Part shown: in pieces, positions 19,969 through 29,045 of the stretch
Layout of the letters: every line of letters begins with the position of its first letter
Numbering within the stretch: position 1 is the first letter of the stretch
Sequence record: NC_048182.1
DNA: 64,000 nucleotides
Reading direction: 5' to 3' (one strand)
Translations under genes and position numbers: made by a program
Notes under the pieces: generated by a model
The model's input: the letters and a program-made list of their open reading frames with translations, nothing else
Database searches by the model: none
What the model was told of the DNA's origin: nothing

Positions 19969-20049
19969 ATGATCTACGCTGGAATTATTGTGGCAGTCAT
20001 GTTGGTTTTATGGGTAGCCTCAGAAGCTATTGATCGATCAATTCCGTGA
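19969..20049 (+). CDS. 26-aa hydrophobic peptide, not in ORF track
   Basis: MIYAGIIVAVMLVLWVASEAIDRSIP; AGGAGG 5 nt upstream; fills the gap before the next gene. Confidence 0.5.
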   Translation: MIYAGIIVAVMLVLWVASEAIDRSIP

Positions 20050-20056
20050 GGGAATA

Positions 20057-20362
20057 ATGTCAGACAAAGAAGAATATATTTATATCATGAAAGCTGGAGA
20101 AGAGACTAAGGTTGAACTTCCTCCTTTCTCTGGTTTTCCTTCATTCACTATTACTAATGTGTTGATGAATAAACTCCCGGTTGGTACTGAGTACTTCCCC
20201 GGAGCTAAAAGCATTCCATCGACTCGTCACCCAACTACTATCCGTCTGTTGAATATGAGTTGGAACAACATTAAGGTAATGGCTGAATATGATCATTCTT
20301 CAAAAATGTTGAAAGTGATCAGCGCTAATGTTGATTCCGTAACTATTAAGGTAAAGGCATAA
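20057..20362 (+). CDS. Hypothetical protein
   Basis: About 101 aa; start moved to ATG after GAGGGA; coupled to the next gene (TAATG). Confidence 0.7.
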   Translation: MSDKEEYIYIMKAGEETKVELPPFSGFPSFTITNVLMNKLPVGTEYFPGAKSIPSTRHPTTIRLLNMSWNNIKVMAEYDHSSKMLKVISANVDSVTIKVKA

Positions 20363-20841
20363 TGTTATTTACAATTAAACAGTTAGTTGAACATGTCCAA
20401 TCTACCTCAGGTCTGGTCGGTAATCGTTGGGTCCCTATCCGTCCATTGCAGTTAACTGGGTTGGGTGGGCTTAAGCAACGTATCGTTCATGCTTACCGTG
20501 TATTAAAGGGCGAGTTAGATGTTGTTGATTGGAAAGTTGGTACCTCAACACCTCGCGAATTACGGGCATTACTTAGTGCTGATTCCTCCCAGGAACTTAG
20601 TGCTGGTTTAAGCCCAACTTCTATCAAAGTTATTTCTGTTGGAGTTGGTGATTCTGCTGCTCAAAAGCCTGTTAAAGCAAAAATGGATTGGGTTAAGCAT
20701 TCCGGTACTAATCCATTCTGGACTGGAAAAGTCCAAACCGACGAGGGGAACATCACTCTCAGGTTAGACCAAGATGCACGGAAAGTGATTTTGTCGAGTA
20801 GCAACATCAGTACTGCTGTGGTCACCTATCTGGTAGAATAA
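20362..20841 (+). CDS. Hypothetical protein
   Basis: 159 aa, translationally coupled to the upstream gene. Confidence 0.7.
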   Translation: MLFTIKQLVEHVQSTSGLVGNRWVPIRPLQLTGLGGLKQRIVHAYRVLKGELDVVDWKVGTSTPRELRALLSADSSQELSAGLSPTSIKVISVGVGDSAAQKPVKAKMDWVKHSGTNPFWTGKVQTDEGNITLRLDQDARKVILSSSNISTAVVTYLVE

Positions 20842-20878
20842 TTTCTATGGTATGAATAATCATACCTAAGGAACTACC

Positions 20879-21112
20879 GTGGAAATCAAAGATATTCCCG
20901 ACATGAAGCCAGGAGAATGCTTCCAAGTATTATCCAACGAAGGTGGAATTGTCAAAGCCCCATGTGTCAGAAAGATTCTTGCTGTGGGGACTAAAACAGT
21001 CGCCTCGACAGAATTCAACGATCGTGGGTATCACTACAAACTGAAGATGGAAAACTATCTTCGTAGTGAAAAGATGAAAGATGGTAACATCGTTCATATA
21101 TTCAGCAAATAA
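20879..21112 (+). CDS. Hypothetical protein
   Basis: 77 aa, GTG start after AAGGA, stop abuts a terminator. Confidence 0.65.
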   Translation: MEIKDIPDMKPGECFQVLSNEGGIVKAPCVRKILAVGTKTVASTEFNDRGYHYKLKMENYLRSEKMKDGNIVHIFSK

Positions 21113-21140
21113 GCTAAGGGGGTCTTCGGATCCCTTTAGC
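21113..21140 (+). terminator. Hairpin terminator
   Basis: 12-bp stem with cUUCGg loop, followed by TCTATGTTTATTT. Confidence 0.8.
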
Positions 21141-21163
21141 TCTATGTTTATTTATAAGAGGCA

Positions 21164-21808
21164 ATGATGGAAGAGCAACTGTACGAAGTAAGAGAACAAG
21201 ATAAGCGGGGCAAAGAAGAAACAACCTTAGCTATTAGCGGGTATGTGGCGAGTGTTCTTGATCAAACAGCTAACGAAGTTCTTACTAAAGCTGGACCGGT
21301 CAAAGCTACTGAAGAATTGCTGCGGGCGCAGTTGAATATGATTGTTCCCACCGCTGGTCATATTGCTCGTTGTGCGGGCGTTGATGAGCAAGATGTTATC
21401 GACTCTTTAGAGATAGTAATGGATAAATATCTCAAAGAGAAACTAACCAACCATCAATGGTCAGCTAAAGGCGGGATGGTTCTAGCCGAATTACTCCTAA
21501 ACAGCTCTTACTCTTTGAGCAGCGATATTTACCTTTCTGGCACTGAAGCAGAAATTGATGTTGTCACTCTGGATTCCATTACCGGTCTGGATGGTGAAGA
21601 AATCGAATTTACCGAAACCGGGGGTAGGCGTTTCGTTCCTTCATTCGACAGTAAAGAAGATGGGAAGTATATCCTTCATTACTTCGTGAAAGATACCGAA
21701 GATAAGGTTCTGCTGAAACTGACTGCCTCTTACGACCACAACACCAAAGTGGTTAAAGCTGACGGCTTCGGCTGGGAACGTTGTGTAATTCGTATCGACC
21801 TTAAATAA
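21164..21808 (+). CDS. Hypothetical acidic protein
   Basis: 214 aa, AGAGG RBS. Confidence 0.75.
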   Translation: MMEEQLYEVREQDKRGKEETTLAISGYVASVLDQTANEVLTKAGPVKATEELLRAQLNMIVPTAGHIARCAGVDEQDVIDSLEIVMDKYLKEKLTNHQWSAKGGMVLAELLLNSSYSLSSDIYLSGTEAEIDVVTLDSITGLDGEEIEFTETGGRRFVPSFDSKEDGKYILHYFVKDTEDKVLLKLTASYDHNTKVVKADGFGWERCVIRIDLK

Positions 21809-21813
21809 GTTCA

Positions 21814-21834
21814 GGTAGATATCATTTAAGTGTT
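21814..21834 (+). promoter_or_regulatory. Putative early phage promoter
   Basis: GGTAGATATCATTTAAGTGT fits ATATYATY-N4-TGT; upstream of the helicase. Confidence 0.4.
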
Positions 21835-21943
21835 ATTCTAAAGGGGACGTTATAATTTACTGCAGAGCTAATTAGTTAGTGAAGTATTCTTTGGAAACCC
21901 AGCGGTAGCGGGATTCACTAACTATGTGAGAGGTTTATATCAG

Positions 21944-23488
21944 ATGAGACGCACACTTGTGGTGCATAAGGCGAGCACCTACGTTCGGCTTACTGACTTT
22001 AAACCTGAACTCGTACAGCACATATTACGTCCCTTTTGTAAAAGGCACTTTTATAGAGTTCAGAAGCAGCCTATACCAGGCGGTGGCCCAAATGCTTTTA
22101 AGTGGGAAGTCAGTCACGTATTTGCTCGGTTTAATAAAGATCAAACAGAACTGAGATTTAATGCTGAGAAACTTCCTGAGCTTATTAAGTTTATGGAAGA
22201 GAATGGGTATAGCAAATCTCGTATTCAAATTGAGAATGAGCCGGTTATCGAAGCAGCTCCAGCTAAGCTGAAGATGAAAGATCCCAGTATCAAACCTCGA
22301 AACGAGATTCAGATAGACTATACCGAATTCATGGGTGGTCCTAAGCCGCTCGTAGTCAACAACATGGGAACAGGGCAAGGTAAGACCTTCTGTGCTATCT
22401 GGACAGCCGTACAACTCGGTAAGCGAGTTCTGATTACGGTATTACCACGTTATGTGGATATCTGGATTAAAGCATTTGGAGAGTTCCTTGATATCCACCC
22501 AACCGACATACTGGTTGCGGATACATTTGGTATTGAGCGATTGCACCAGACCATGAAAGACGGTTTGATTAATCCATCAATCATCATCCTTCCTTTAACG
22601 AAAATCGACGTTTATATCAAACGTATGAAGGATGAGCCAGACCTTCCTGGATTGGATGAAGTGTTTGCTGATTTGAAATGCGGTTTCCGTATTATCGATG
22701 AAGCTCACGAATCTATCTATTCTGTTTATATGTCACTAATGTTCGGCAACCATGCTAAGACCGCAGCACTGTCTGCTACATTGCAAGGTGATGACGAATT
22801 CATTAATGGTATCTATAATCAGATTTTCCCTTATCACTGTTATCTGAGACCTCCTGAGTACACGAAATACATTCACGTTATAGCGTACAGCCATCGCATG
22901 GATGTAAACCGGTACAGAATTAACGCCAAGGGATTTGGCGGGTATTCGCATGTTAAGTTCGAACAAGCCATTATGAAACGTAGTGACGTGTTTGAACAGT
23001 ATTACCAGATGCTTAAAGAAGCATTCGTGGTTTACTATCTGGATACCTACAGGGAAGGTCAGAAAGCGATGTGGTTCTTCCAGACTGTGGAAATATGTGA
23101 ACTCTTCCTGAAAAGGTTGAAGAAGGATTATCCAGATTTGGATGCCATCGTGTTCACAGCCGAGCAGTCCAGTAAGAAAGAAACCAAGACAGCATATCGC
23201 GAGCACAGAGTCGTTATAACGACACCTGGTTCATGTGGTACAGGTAAGGACATCCCTCAGCTGTATATCGTGTTCTGTCCCGTCTCAGTGAGTTCTACGC
23301 AAAGGAACGACCAGATGGTTGGGCGTACTCGTCCGATTGACAAATGGTGGCCTGACTTGGATCCTATCTTCCTTTACTTTGTATGTCCTGACGTACCGAA
23401 ACAGGTTGAATATCACAGGAAGCGTAAAACAATCTTTGATAAGAAGATGAAGAAATTCACTCTTATCGACAGTGGCTCACGTATTTAA
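21944..23488 (+). CDS. SF2 (UvsW-like, DEAH) helicase (phiKZ gp75-like)
   Basis: Walker A MGTGQGKT, IIDEAH, SAT motif III, GTGKDIP, QMVGRTR; alternative GTG start at 21926. Confidence 0.9.
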   Translation: MRRTLVVHKASTYVRLTDFKPELVQHILRPFCKRHFYRVQKQPIPGGGPNAFKWEVSHVFARFNKDQTELRFNAEKLPELIKFMEENGYSKSRIQIENEPVIEAAPAKLKMKDPSIKPRNEIQIDYTEFMGGPKPLVVNNMGTGQGKTFCAIWTAVQLGKRVLITVLPRYVDIWIKAFGEFLDIHPTDILVADTFGIERLHQTMKDGLINPSIIILPLTKIDVYIKRMKDEPDLPGLDEVFADLKCGFRIIDEAHESIYSVYMSLMFGNHAKTAALSATLQGDDEFINGIYNQIFPYHCYLRPPEYTKYIHVIAYSHRMDVNRYRINAKGFGGYSHVKFEQAIMKRSDVFEQYYQMLKEAFVVYYLDTYREGQKAMWFFQTVEICELFLKRLKKDYPDLDAIVFTAEQSSKKETKTAYREHRVVITTPGSCGTGKDIPQLYIVFCPVSVSSTQRNDQMVGRTRPIDKWWPDLDPIFLYFVCPDVPKQVEYHRKRKTIFDKKMKKFTLIDSGSRI

Positions 23489-23492
23489 AAAC

Positions 23493-23526
23493 TAAACTCT
23501 GGGGACTTTGTAGTCCCCAGAGTTTA
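23493..23526 (+). terminator. Hairpin terminator
   Basis: TAAACTCTGGGGACT-TTGT-AGTCCCCAGAGTTTA. Confidence 0.75.
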
Positions 23527-23543
23527 TACGTTTGGCGGTAACC

Positions 23544-23942
23544 ATGTTTATTGAATATGTAACATTGAACTTATCCTTTCCAACCATCCAGAATACCAAA
23601 ACCCTGGAATGTCTAGGGCAAGGTTTGATGGTACTGTTGGATGGCCATTTTAATAACGGTCTGGACATAGACGACACTCTTCTTGTCCATAATGCAAAAT
23701 TAACTATGGGAGATTGTGCTTCAGAACTCTGCATGAATAATGATGCAGATTTTGACATCATCTACGATAATGCAAGTAATGCTCTAACGCTGACTCTAGC
23801 GACGTATTGCGACGATATAAAGAACTTTGCTCTACAGCTAACATCTATAGCTGATATCATGATGTTCGAATATCCTGGCATGCTACGGTTTTGTGTGAGA
23901 GAAGGAGTAACCCAGTTTGGAAGTGGTGTCTTATACATTTAA
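23544..23942 (+). CDS. Hypothetical protein
   Basis: About 132-aa ORF; start uncertain (ORF track gives TTG 23532). Confidence 0.6.
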   Translation: MFIEYVTLNLSFPTIQNTKTLECLGQGLMVLLDGHFNNGLDIDDTLLVHNAKLTMGDCASELCMNNDADFDIIYDNASNALTLTLATYCDDIKNFALQLTSIADIMMFEYPGMLRFCVREGVTQFGSGVLYI

Positions 23943-24276
23943 GAATCCCAAGATTATAAACGCTATTTACTCTAATCAGAATTATCTGGTTGAGATCATT
24001 GCCTTTATGCTTGGTGAGAAAGTCATTGTGGGGCCGAACGAAGAACCAGAGTTCCATAGTGACATGTATGACTACTTGTTAACTATCTTGGACCCTCTGG
24101 ACATTCCATCGGCTAACCTGATTATGGAAGAGATAAACAAGCACATTAAACACTTGACCAATGATTATGTGTTTAAAAGCTTGCATCTCACTGGAGAGGT
24201 CTTTCTAAAGTATGACTACCGCATTGAACCAAGATTTAGTAGGATTCAGTTCTACTCCATCGATTCCGATTGTTGA
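23917..24276 (+). CDS. Hypothetical protein
   Basis: 119 aa, TTG start with AAGGAG 8 nt upstream, overlapping the previous stop. Confidence 0.6.
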   Translation: MEVVSYTFKNPKIINAIYSNQNYLVEIIAFMLGEKVIVGPNEEPEFHSDMYDYLLTILDPLDIPSANLIMEEINKHIKHLTNDYVFKSLHLTGEVFLKYDYRIEPRFSRIQFYSIDSDC

Positions 24277-24340
24277 TCTTTACGATATCGTAAATAACAA
24301 ATCCATTAACACTTTAAAATCCGTTGAGGAATATTTGAAC

Positions 24341-24871
24341 ATGTCTTTGAATACAACTGCAAACGCCGCTGCTATTGCTCCTGAATCCAATATGGTTACT
24401 TATCGTTTCAAGTCTGCAGATCTGGGTGATCTGTTTGAAAACTTTTCCGGCGAGCAGGCTCATGTTGCACTGGAAGGTGCATTAAACGTTATCTTTGGTC
24501 GTGGGAATGCCCTGGCTGTAGGTGTGCCTGATGAAGATGGTAGCATTCTGTCAGAAGACGACGAGAAAGCAAACCACGAAGCTCAGATTACTTCTGAGGT
24601 GGCATTTGCTCTGGCTACCTATCAACTGTCCAATGCAGAACTGGACATGCCAGAAGACATTACGCTGGATCCTATCTACATGCAGATGGAAGATCAGTTC
24701 CGTAATGTGGTCACCAAGCTGTCTAATGACATCGCTGCTGATAAAGAAAACCAAGATGTGATCACTCTGCTGGGTGAAATGGAATTCTTTAACCGCATCG
24801 AGTTGTTTAACCATAACTACGATTCCAAAAATGAAGTACTGATGGTTACACTGACCAGCCTTAACGCATAA
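24341..24871 (+). CDS. Hypothetical acidic protein
   Basis: 176 aa from ATG after GAGGA; optimised codons. Confidence 0.7.
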   Translation: MSLNTTANAAAIAPESNMVTYRFKSADLGDLFENFSGEQAHVALEGALNVIFGRGNALAVGVPDEDGSILSEDDEKANHEAQITSEVAFALATYQLSNAELDMPEDITLDPIYMQMEDQFRNVVTKLSNDIAADKENQDVITLLGEMEFFNRIELFNHNYDSKNEVLMVTLTSLNA

Positions 24872-24876
24872 TGCGA

Positions 24877-24925
24877 TCCTACCTACTCCTTCGGGAGTAG
24901 GTAGGGACTATGTTCCTTTTTTATT
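24877..24925 (+). terminator. Intrinsic terminator
   Basis: TCCTACCTACTCC-TTCG-GGAGTAGGTAGGGA, then CTATGTTCCTTTTTT. Confidence 0.85.
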
Positions 24926-24982
24926 TTTGGTTGAATGATATGTAGTAAATTGACAATGGCCTATTAAAACCGGGTAACCAAA

Positions 24983-25774
24983 ATGGAACAAGCATTACAA
25001 GACGTAGATCATTATGCTCGCATCGTATCTGGATGTGAATCTATTAACCACGTATTGAGTGGTAACGGCTCATTGACCGAAGATGGTCGATACGCCCAGT
25101 CAGTATTAAAGCTTCGTGCTCAGGATGAGTTCGGAGCATTAGCAGGAAATGAATCTCTGCTGGAAGGTATCAAGAAAGGTGCTCGTAAATTGAAAGAGTG
25201 GGTCATTGCTCTTGTTAAATCAATTGTTGGTTACCTGACTGGGTCTACCAAAAAAGCTAAAGATGTTATGGCTCGCCACGCTGATGTGGAGAAGAACTAT
25301 AACAAACTGCAAGCTGATCAGAAAGAAAAGATCGAAGAGAAAGCCAAACCAGCAATAACCGCTCATGGTAAAGTCTTTGAACGTATCATTGATAAACTGA
25401 CTTCTCTGCAAGAAGAAGGCAAGAGTTTCTCTCAAATCGGACACACTGTTTCCATGACAGACGTGATTCAAGAAATGAAGAGCGCTCTCAATATGGCTGA
25501 AGCTGGGACATGGATTGCAATCAACGTTCACTTAAAACGTGCTGTTGATCGTTTAAATGGTCAGATTAACTCAGTTAAAGATAAACTGAACTCTTATGCC
25601 AATGGTGAAGAAACTACCGAGCGTAATAGTTTGGCTAGCAAAGCAGCTGCCTGGGAAAACAAGGCAGTCGCCGTCAGTCATTCAATCGTAATGAACATGG
25701 ACGGAATCACCAAGAAAGGTGAGCAGTGGTTAGACGACTTTATGACCAATAAAGATACTGTCTTGAAATTGTAA
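24983..25774 (+). CDS. Internal head protein paralog (shared leader, G-x-E maturation sites)
   Basis: Leader DVDHYARIVSGCES...DGRYAQSVLKLRAQD...AGNES, then amphipathic KKGARKLKEWV; same leader in five other ORFs. Confidence 0.75.
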   Translation: MEQALQDVDHYARIVSGCESINHVLSGNGSLTEDGRYAQSVLKLRAQDEFGALAGNESLLEGIKKGARKLKEWVIALVKSIVGYLTGSTKKAKDVMARHADVEKNYNKLQADQKEKIEEKAKPAITAHGKVFERIIDKLTSLQEEGKSFSQIGHTVSMTDVIQEMKSALNMAEAGTWIAINVHLKRAVDRLNGQINSVKDKLNSYANGEETTERNSLASKAAAWENKAVAVSHSIVMNMDGITKKGEQWLDDFMTNKDTVLKL

Positions 25775-25784
25775 TCATATTTTA

Positions 25785-25817
25785 ATCCTTACCCTCTTGT
25801 AGGGTAAGGATGTTATG
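25785..25817 (+). terminator. Hairpin terminator followed by ATGTTATG (possible late promoter)
   Basis: ATCCTTACCCT-CTTGT-AGGGTAAGGAT then GTTATG. Confidence 0.7.
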
Positions 25818-25845
25818 CTCTATTAACACACTTTGGAAATTAAAA

Positions 25846-26592
25846 ATGGAAATCAATTTCGACGATATCGAACACTATGCCCGTATTGTGGCAGGGTGCG
25901 AGTCTATTAATAATGTGTTTGTCAATGGCGGTAAACTGACCGACGACGGTCGTTATGCACAGACAGTTCTTCGTGTCCATGCTCAAGACGATCTGGGTGC
26001 GTTTGCTGGTAATGAATCTGTTGGCTCGGCTATCAAAGCCGGTGCCGCTAATGTCATCAAATGGATTAAGGAATTCATTAAATCCATTAGTAACGCTTTG
26101 GAGAGCCTTGGGGCAAGCTTCAGCAAATCTAAACTTGATGCTGCTACCAAACAAGTAAAAGAAGAAATCAAAAACGATTTTGATGAAGCATGGAAATCGT
26201 ACACTGGTCCTCTTGAAACCGCACTTGCTGCAGTTAAAATGGCTAATGATAATAAATCAGAAGCATTAGGTCAGTTAAATAATCTGGATCTCGCGATTAA
26301 GAATCTGCAAAGAACTCTTGACTCTGCCAAAGAAAAAGATATCTCATCATTCCACAATAACCTGTGGTCTGCAACAGAAATTCTGCGGATTAACATTCCT
26401 CGTTGTAACAAAGCGTTGGAAGCGTATGTTACCAAAGAAGGCAAGAAAGATGGAGAGGTAACTCAAGCTACTTCTAACATCAAAGGCCTTACCCTGGCTT
26501 TAAGCAAACTTAGCTTCGTCACTAAAAAGTATATTGACGATGCCGGTAAAATGTACGACAAAGTCAAAGCTGCCGAAAAGAAAGATAAATAA
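25846..26592 (+). CDS. Internal head protein paralog
   Basis: DDIEHYARIVAGCES...DGRYAQTVLRVHAQD...AGNES; start moved to MEINF. Confidence 0.75.
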   Translation: MEINFDDIEHYARIVAGCESINNVFVNGGKLTDDGRYAQTVLRVHAQDDLGAFAGNESVGSAIKAGAANVIKWIKEFIKSISNALESLGASFSKSKLDAATKQVKEEIKNDFDEAWKSYTGPLETALAAVKMANDNKSEALGQLNNLDLAIKNLQRTLDSAKEKDISSFHNNLWSATEILRINIPRCNKALEAYVTKEGKKDGEVTQATSNIKGLTLALSKLSFVTKKYIDDAGKMYDKVKAAEKKDK

Positions 26593-26598
26593 TCATAG

Positions 26599-26629
26599 CT
26601 CCTCATCTCTCCTAGTGGGGGATGAGGGT
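26599..26629 (+). terminator. Hairpin terminator
   Basis: CCTCATCTCTC-CTAGT-GGGGGATGAGG. Confidence 0.65.
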
Positions 26630-26641
26630 TAAGGAACAATC

Positions 26642-27679
26642 ATGTCAACAGAATTATTGAAATCTATGTATGCTGGGGTTGAAGATATTAGTTCGGGCGT
26701 TATGTCTGAAGACTCTATCTACGCAGCAGCTGTTATGGGCGGTGAAGGATTCCTGGACAGCGTTAAGAAAGGTGCTCAAGCAACCATTGCTTGGATTAAA
26801 CAACTTTTGAATAACATCCTTGATGCCATTCTCTTTTGGTTCGGAGGTCGTGATACCGTTAAACGTAAGTTAGATGAACTTAAGCGCAGTAAGTTTTTCT
26901 CTATGTTTAAAAGTGATATCACTAATAAAGTTGAAAAGGTAACATTACCTGCCGTCGCTATTGCCTGGAACTTTGTTGAAGATATTATTGAAACTGAATA
27001 TCAGGATTTCCATAATGATAAATTAAAGGAAACCCCAGAGATTCGCTCTTTCTTTGTGACTGTTAATGCGCTTGCTGATAGTTTAAGTAAATATTGTAAA
27101 GCAGCTAAACACAGTCCTAGTGAGGATCATTTAAACCTTGAGCCACACCTTCAAGAAGTCCGCAAGTGTGTTGAAGCTGGACGTAAATTAGTCACGGCTT
27201 TGGATAAAGAGAAAGAGCCAGACCAGGGGATTATTAAAAATATTAACGGATGTGTTGTCAAATTAGGTAAAGCCACTAATGTGATGATATCCGCGATGAA
27301 GACCGTAAGCAAAGGTCTTGACGAACTAAGTAATAAAGCAGCCGCTAAAGCTATTTATAGTAGGTCAATGCAAACCGCCATAGAAAGTGGTAGCAATAAT
27401 CGAATTAAATCGGCCATCCAAGCAGAAATAGAAGATAGTAGAAAATCTCCAGAAGAAATAAATGAAATCATTGCTCTACTGGAAAAAGACATGCCCGATG
27501 TATTTGATCCTTATGAAGAAAGTACTCTGGCAAAAGAACTTGCTCCTAAATCAGAGTGGAGCGGTAAAACTTATGAACTCCAATCTGCTTATTACATGAT
27601 GAATGGATCTAAGAAACGACTACATCATTTAAGAGACATCCGCAACTACCTTCACGAAAATAAAATAGACGGATTCTAA
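26642..27679 (+). CDS. Internal head protein paralog with extra C-terminal domain
   Basis: AGVE and GGE-GFLDSVKKGAQATIAWIK motif; about 110-aa additional C-terminal segment. Confidence 0.7.
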   Translation: MSTELLKSMYAGVEDISSGVMSEDSIYAAAVMGGEGFLDSVKKGAQATIAWIKQLLNNILDAILFWFGGRDTVKRKLDELKRSKFFSMFKSDITNKVEKVTLPAVAIAWNFVEDIIETEYQDFHNDKLKETPEIRSFFVTVNALADSLSKYCKAAKHSPSEDHLNLEPHLQEVRKCVEAGRKLVTALDKEKEPDQGIIKNINGCVVKLGKATNVMISAMKTVSKGLDELSNKAAAKAIYSRSMQTAIESGSNNRIKSAIQAEIEDSRKSPEEINEIIALLEKDMPDVFDPYEESTLAKELAPKSEWSGKTYELQSAYYMMNGSKKRLHHLRDIRNYLHENKIDGF

Positions 27680-27695
27680 TCCCCTTAAAAGATAA

Positions 27696-27734
27696 ATATT
27701 CCCTTACCCTTCCTTTCGGGAGGGTAAGGGTTAT
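27696..27734. terminator. Bidirectional terminator; identical 39-bp copy at 42145-42183
   Basis: ATATTCCCTTACCCTTCCTTTCGGGAGGGTAAGGGTTAT at a convergent junction. Confidence 0.85.
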
Positions 27735-27737
27735 ATA

Positions 27738-29045
27738 TTATTTTAAAATTTGTTCTAAGGTCATGGTGATAGTTTTCAGCTGAGACACGTGCATTGCTTT
27801 CATACGCGTTAACATGAACTGTGTAAAGATATAAACAGTTTCAGCTGAGACACGCTCACGGATAGCACCAAGCTTTGTACCACAGCAAACTTTGCACAGG
27901 TTATCTTCGCCCTGCTTACAGAACTGAGGTACACGCATCTGTACAGAAGTCCCAATAAGATTTTCATCTTTCTTGGTTAGGAGAGTGGGCGTCCCGCCTT
28001 TCAGAATGTAGCCACCAACCCAACCTTTGAAGTTGTATTTGGTTAACTTCACTTCTTCAGTACGAGGAGAGTTACAATCTTCACCACCAATCATAATACG
28101 GTTAGTTAACAAGATCGCTAACTTAACTTCTGCACCACCTTCACCTGTGGCATTACCACGGTCGAATGATGCGGATATCGCGGTGTTGATGTATTCAGGA
28201 TAATGATCAGGATCCCAACCTTCATCCAAGGACTTACGAAGCAACTGATATTTGCCGGTGTTAAAGTCAGGAACCATATCAAAGATAATGAACATCTTCT
28301 TACGGGCGTTATCAATAAACTTACCGTTAATGAAGAAGTCTTTAGATGGTCCGGCGTATTGAATCTGTGCATCCAGCGCAATGACTTTATCGATCGCTAC
28401 AGCTACCGCGGTTGGATCACCTAGCTTGCCTTCATCCTCAAGCTCTTTAAGAAGCTTATCACGAAGCTCCAGCACTTTAGGGTGTACCGTAAGGACATCC
28501 ACAGAAGAAGCCTTAACGAAGACCTGGTTCATCCCCTCAAGGTAATCCAGTTGCTTGGTTACCTTCAGACACTCATCCACAGAAGCTTTACCTTCTGGAA
28601 GTTCCTGACCAGGTTCTGGGTTATCAACCATTAACCCATCAATAAGCCCCTGGATTGTTCCACCACCGATCTTGCCATTGATATAACTAACACGTTTACC
28701 AAATGACTCGAACAGAGTAACAATGTTAACCAGGAAGATACCAATGGTGGTCTCTTGTTTCTCAGTAATGAAGTCATGATGTTGGACATCGACAGTGATC
28801 TTCTCATTCTTATTGAACAAAGGAGCATTAAAATCATCGTATCCAGTAACGACAACTTTAACACCTTCATTATAGAAGTACATCTCTTTGGCTTCTTTAT
28901 CACGGAAGAGAGCGTAAGGAGCGTCCTTTAACTTGGTGTTGTTCCCCGGAGTATCGTGGACCAAAGAGAAGATCGACATCAAGAACGTTTTACGAGTGTA
29001 GGCTCGGTTCTTAAATGCCAGGAAAAGATAATCTAACTTATGCAT
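27738..29045 (-). CDS. Virion RNA polymerase beta'-like middle subunit (phiKZ gp80-like)
   Basis: GWDPDHYPEYINTAISASFDRG, bridge-helix-like TGEGGAEVKL...EDCNS, Zn site RVPQFC...LCKVCCG; start moved to MHKLDY (ATGCATAA overlap with the upstream gene). Confidence 0.85.
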   Translation of the reverse strand: MHKLDYLFLAFKNRAYTRKTFLMSIFSLVHDTPGNNTKLKDAPYALFRDKEAKEMYFYNEGVKVVVTGYDDFNAPLFNKNEKITVDVQHHDFITEKQETTIGIFLVNIVTLFESFGKRVSYINGKIGGGTIQGLIDGLMVDNPEPGQELPEGKASVDECLKVTKQLDYLEGMNQVFVKASSVDVLTVHPKVLELRDKLLKELEDEGKLGDPTAVAVAIDKVIALDAQIQYAGPSKDFFINGKFIDNARKKMFIIFDMVPDFNTGKYQLLRKSLDEGWDPDHYPEYINTAISASFDRGNATGEGGAEVKLAILLTNRIMIGGEDCNSPRTEEVKLTKYNFKGWVGGYILKGGTPTLLTKKDENLIGTSVQMRVPQFCKQGEDNLCKVCCGTKLGAIRERVSAETVYIFTQFMLTRMKAMHVSQLKTITMTLEQILK

